Shown piece by piece: positions 61,603-64,000 of a stretch of DNA of 64,000 bases. The stretch comes from a virus (Duplodnaviria; Caudoviricetes). Where the stretch lies: IMG/VR virus record IMGVR_UViG_3300015607_002466, positions 1 through 64,000 of that record; one strand, given 5' to 3'. The position numbers and the translations under genes were made by a program. Every line of letters begins with the position of its first letter. Position 1 is the stretch's first letter. Under the pieces are notes generated by a model, which was not told where the DNA came from, made no database searches, and saw only the letters and a list, made by a program, of their open reading frames with translations.

Positions 61603-62485
61603 GTCATACCATATACTAGTACACTCTTGTAATCCTTGTTCAAACTTCTCTGTAAATTGTAATACTTCATTTGGATTGTTTTTGAAGTATTCGTATTCGT
61701 ATTTGCCTTTTATTCGCATATCACGAACAATCATTACATCAAGAAAATAATCATACATGATTACGCCGTATTTCTGTAAGAAAGAAAACAGTGTCGCATG
61801 GGGGAAGCAGAAATTTGTTTCTTCTTCCTTCCTTTTTGCGTCAATGTATGCACTTGATAGTAAATCTAAAACTTGCGAAGGCCCATAAAAGCTAAAATCT
61901 GGAATTCCTGGAACATCAGAAACGATAGTTCCAAATCTATCTTCAATTTGGACTTCACTAAAGCATTTCAGTTTCTGACCTGGAGTTTTAACACTGTCAT
62001 TGTAATTTAGTCCAAATTTGTCTTTAGCTGAGCATATGTTTTTTACGCAATTGTTTATTTCCCACGAATTCGGTTTAAAGACTATATCAGGTCGAATTTG
62101 AATAACCAGATCATATTTTGCGTTAGAAGATAGTTCAACGCTACGCTTAGATAGGTTCGACAAATAAATCAGCTTCAAAAAAGAGAGTGATGGGTTTAAC
62201 GATGCATCAAATTCATGTGTGGTAAACGACACTAGATGCATTTTAGCATCTCTAAAATCTTTCTTTATGCTTTCTTTAATTTCTTCTGTTAATGCGATAG
62301 AAATTCTTTCAGCACGACAAGTATTTTCTAAAGGATCAACATCATAGTACGTATACGAATCAATATCCCACGTGTCAAAAAAACCAATCTAATTTTTGTG
62401 GGAACTTTCTAAATGTTTGAAAAATATTGTGTTTACATACATCCCAAGATCGGATGCTTCCGCGAACACATACTGCAATTCTCAT
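61576..62485 (-). pseudogene. Glycosyltransferase-like 'MRIAVCxxG.xR' protein split by a +1 frameshift in a T7 tract (62377-62383)
   Basis: ATG 62485 gives MRIAVCVRGSIRSWDVCKHNIFQTFRKFPQKLDWFF then TGA; removing one T continues DTWDIDSY...DAK into the 61576-62241 ORF, giving 302 aa. Confidence 0.75.
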
Positions 62486-63120
62486 TTTATATTCTCCAGT
62501 GAAGCATATTCACAGTTCATCCTTTGAAGTAGGCGTTTAATGAAGTAATCTGGTTCAGACTCTTCATAATTTAAAGTGATTCTGTCAGAGTTAATAAAGC
62601 TTATGATGTTTTGTATATTGTTGAAAATAAACCTATTTCCAGTCATCAAGAAGCTGAATGGATCTTTTCCGGAACTTGCGTTATTTGTCAAATAGTATAA
62701 TTTGTTCGGATTTAGATTAAAGCCATTAAGGGTTTTTAACTTTTCTAAAATTGAAATGTCAAAATCCGTAGTCGGCGTTAATTGAAAATACCATTCATAC
62801 TTATCAATTTTATGTATGAATTGATTAACTTCCCTGAAGTTTTCACAAAGGGTCGCCATTTCATACAGCCTTCTGTTAGAGTGAATAGAAAACTGTATTG
62901 TAAAAATTATATTCACGACACCAATATTCTGCAAATCTTTTAACATGCCATAAAGGTTAGATTTTAAGAAACCCTCTTCATTAATGGTACAGACATAAAC
63001 ATCAAATCTACTATAGTGTTCGGTTTCTTTTAGCAAACCATAAATCCACGAATAGTAAGATTCGTTGAAACGACATTCTACGTCGAGAATGCATACGCAA
63101 GCAATATCAGATGTGTTCAT
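62482..63120 (-). CDS. Hypothetical protein, possible divergent glycosyltransferase-like fold
   Basis: IACVCILD...FDVYVCT...YEWYFQLTPTTD...DPFSF; AT-rich like the rest of the island. Confidence 0.5.
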   Translation of the reverse strand: MNTSDIACVCILDVECRFNESYYSWIYGLLKETEHYSRFDVYVCTINEEGFLKSNLYGMLKDLQNIGVVNIIFTIQFSIHSNRRLYEMATLCENFREVNQFIHKIDKYEWYFQLTPTTDFDISILEKLKTLNGFNLNPNKLYYLTNNASSGKDPFSFLMTGNRFIFNNIQNIISFINSDRITLNYEESEPDYFIKRLLQRMNCEYASLENIK

Positions 63121-64000
63121 TTATACCGGGGAAAATTGACATTCGAATAAATTTGTTGGGTATAAGCGGCAAAGTCGCATCAACTTTTACTTCCCACTTA
63201 TCTGTGATTCCTAAATATTTATCTTGATCTAAATGCAACCAATTTCCAAATTGAATTAAATTGAACCGTCTCTTAAGCAGCTCCCGTTCAACCACAATTT
63301 GATTAACGTATTTGTTAACTTCTTGAAAGTTGTTAAGAAGGTGTATCGCGAATTTTTTACTAATGGACGAAATTTCAAACATTCGCTTTCGCTTATTTAG
63401 AAGGTCTACAATTTCTTTGTTTGCAATACAATAACCAATCCTACATCCAGCAGATCCAATACCTTTACTGAAAGAATTTACGAAAACTATGCCTTTATCA
63501 ATCCAAGACAATGGAACTTCTGTTTTTCCAAACTCGCCATATGCTTGATCTAACACTATTGGAATATTAGTGAGTGTGAGTTTTTCTATTTCCGCCAAGG
63601 AAACTAAATCCCCAACTGGAGAGTTTGGATTTCCTATAATAATCAGATTCACATTTGGACCACAATATATTTCAGTGTTTAATTTCAACTTGTTGTCTAC
63701 AAGTTGGTACTTAAAAGTGATCTTTTTCCCTTGATTCTGTTTGAGATAAACGTCATACATTGGGAAATGTGCTTCTGGCATTACTACTTCCGACCCTGGC
63801 GAAACAAACACGTCAAACAATGTGTTCAAAACTGAATCAGACCCGGCAGCAACATAAATGTTTTCTTTTGAGACTCCATTAAATTCTGCTAGCTTTATTC
63901 TAAGATCTATATCAGAAGAATAGTAAATAAAATCCTCTTGCGTTAAACTATTTTTGAATGAAGAGAAAAAGGAATCACTGAACGGCAAAGTGCGCTCGCA
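63107..64000 (-). CDS. PLP-dependent class I/II aminotransferase (HisC/CobD-like), 5' end beyond window
   Basis: AAGSDSVL, IGNPNSPVG, VLDQAYGEF, NSFSKGIGSAGCRIGY (PLP Lys). Frame is open to the window end (..CERTLPF), so the real start lies outside. Confidence 0.88.
   Translation of the reverse strand, partial: CERTLPFSDSFFSSFKNSLTQEDFIYYSSDIDLRIKLAEFNGVSKENIYVAAGSDSVLNTLFDVFVSPGSEVVMPEAHFPMYDVYLKQNQGKKITFKYQLVDNKLKLNTEIYCGPNVNLIIIGNPNSPVGDLVSLAEIEKLTLTNIPIVLDQAYGEFGKTEVPLSWIDKGIVFVNSFSKGIGSAGCRIGYCIANKEIVDLLNKRKRMFEISSISKKFAIHLLNNFQEVNKYVNQIVVERELLKRRFNLIQFGNWLHLDQDKYLGITDKWEVKVDATLPLIPNKFIRMSIFPGINEHI

Noticed and set aside
1-64000. Alternative genetic code (stop-codon reassignment), common in some jumbo phages
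   Set aside because: Standard code gives long intact ORFs (up to ~2420 aa) and near-complete coding density; the one broken gene is explained by a 1-nt indel.

Overview
This window is a gene-dense segment of a large (jumbo-type) T4-related myophage genome in the standard genetic code; spanins and sigma70-type early promoters indicate a Gram-negative host. 1-3059 (minus): gp46/gp47 recombination nuclease pair, with a small inserted ORF, and a gp55-type late sigma factor. 3220-35394 (plus): a late morphogenesis block with a cytidylyltransferase-like protein, baseplate/hub/spike genes (tube-initiator-like, LysM/gp53-like, hub, gp5, gp25, gp6), very large virion proteins (about 2420, 722 and 1366 aa), fibre/decoration proteins sharing a repeated 'W-x-I-x-H-N/G-L-G' module, Rz/Rz1 spanins and an M23+SLT peptidoglycan hydrolase. 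35368-61005 (minus): UDG-like, tandem-AP2 and 2OG-oxygenase-like proteins, a RimK-RimB-like ligase/protease fusion with a Glu-rich linker, a Cas4-like nuclease, acidic and ligase-like probable head proteins, helicase, primase, SLT, RNase H, HD hydrolase, putative clamp, family B DNA polymerase, DsbA, DEDDh exonuclease and a carbamoyltransferase. 61015-64000: a sugar/amine-modification island containing a gene frameshifted in a T7 tract. An ATAAATA late-promoter motif (about 19 sites) and a GTTTACA-N17-TGnTATAAT early promoter recur. No tRNA, rRNA, CRISPR array or intein was seen. All family calls come from motif recognition by eye, not database searches.
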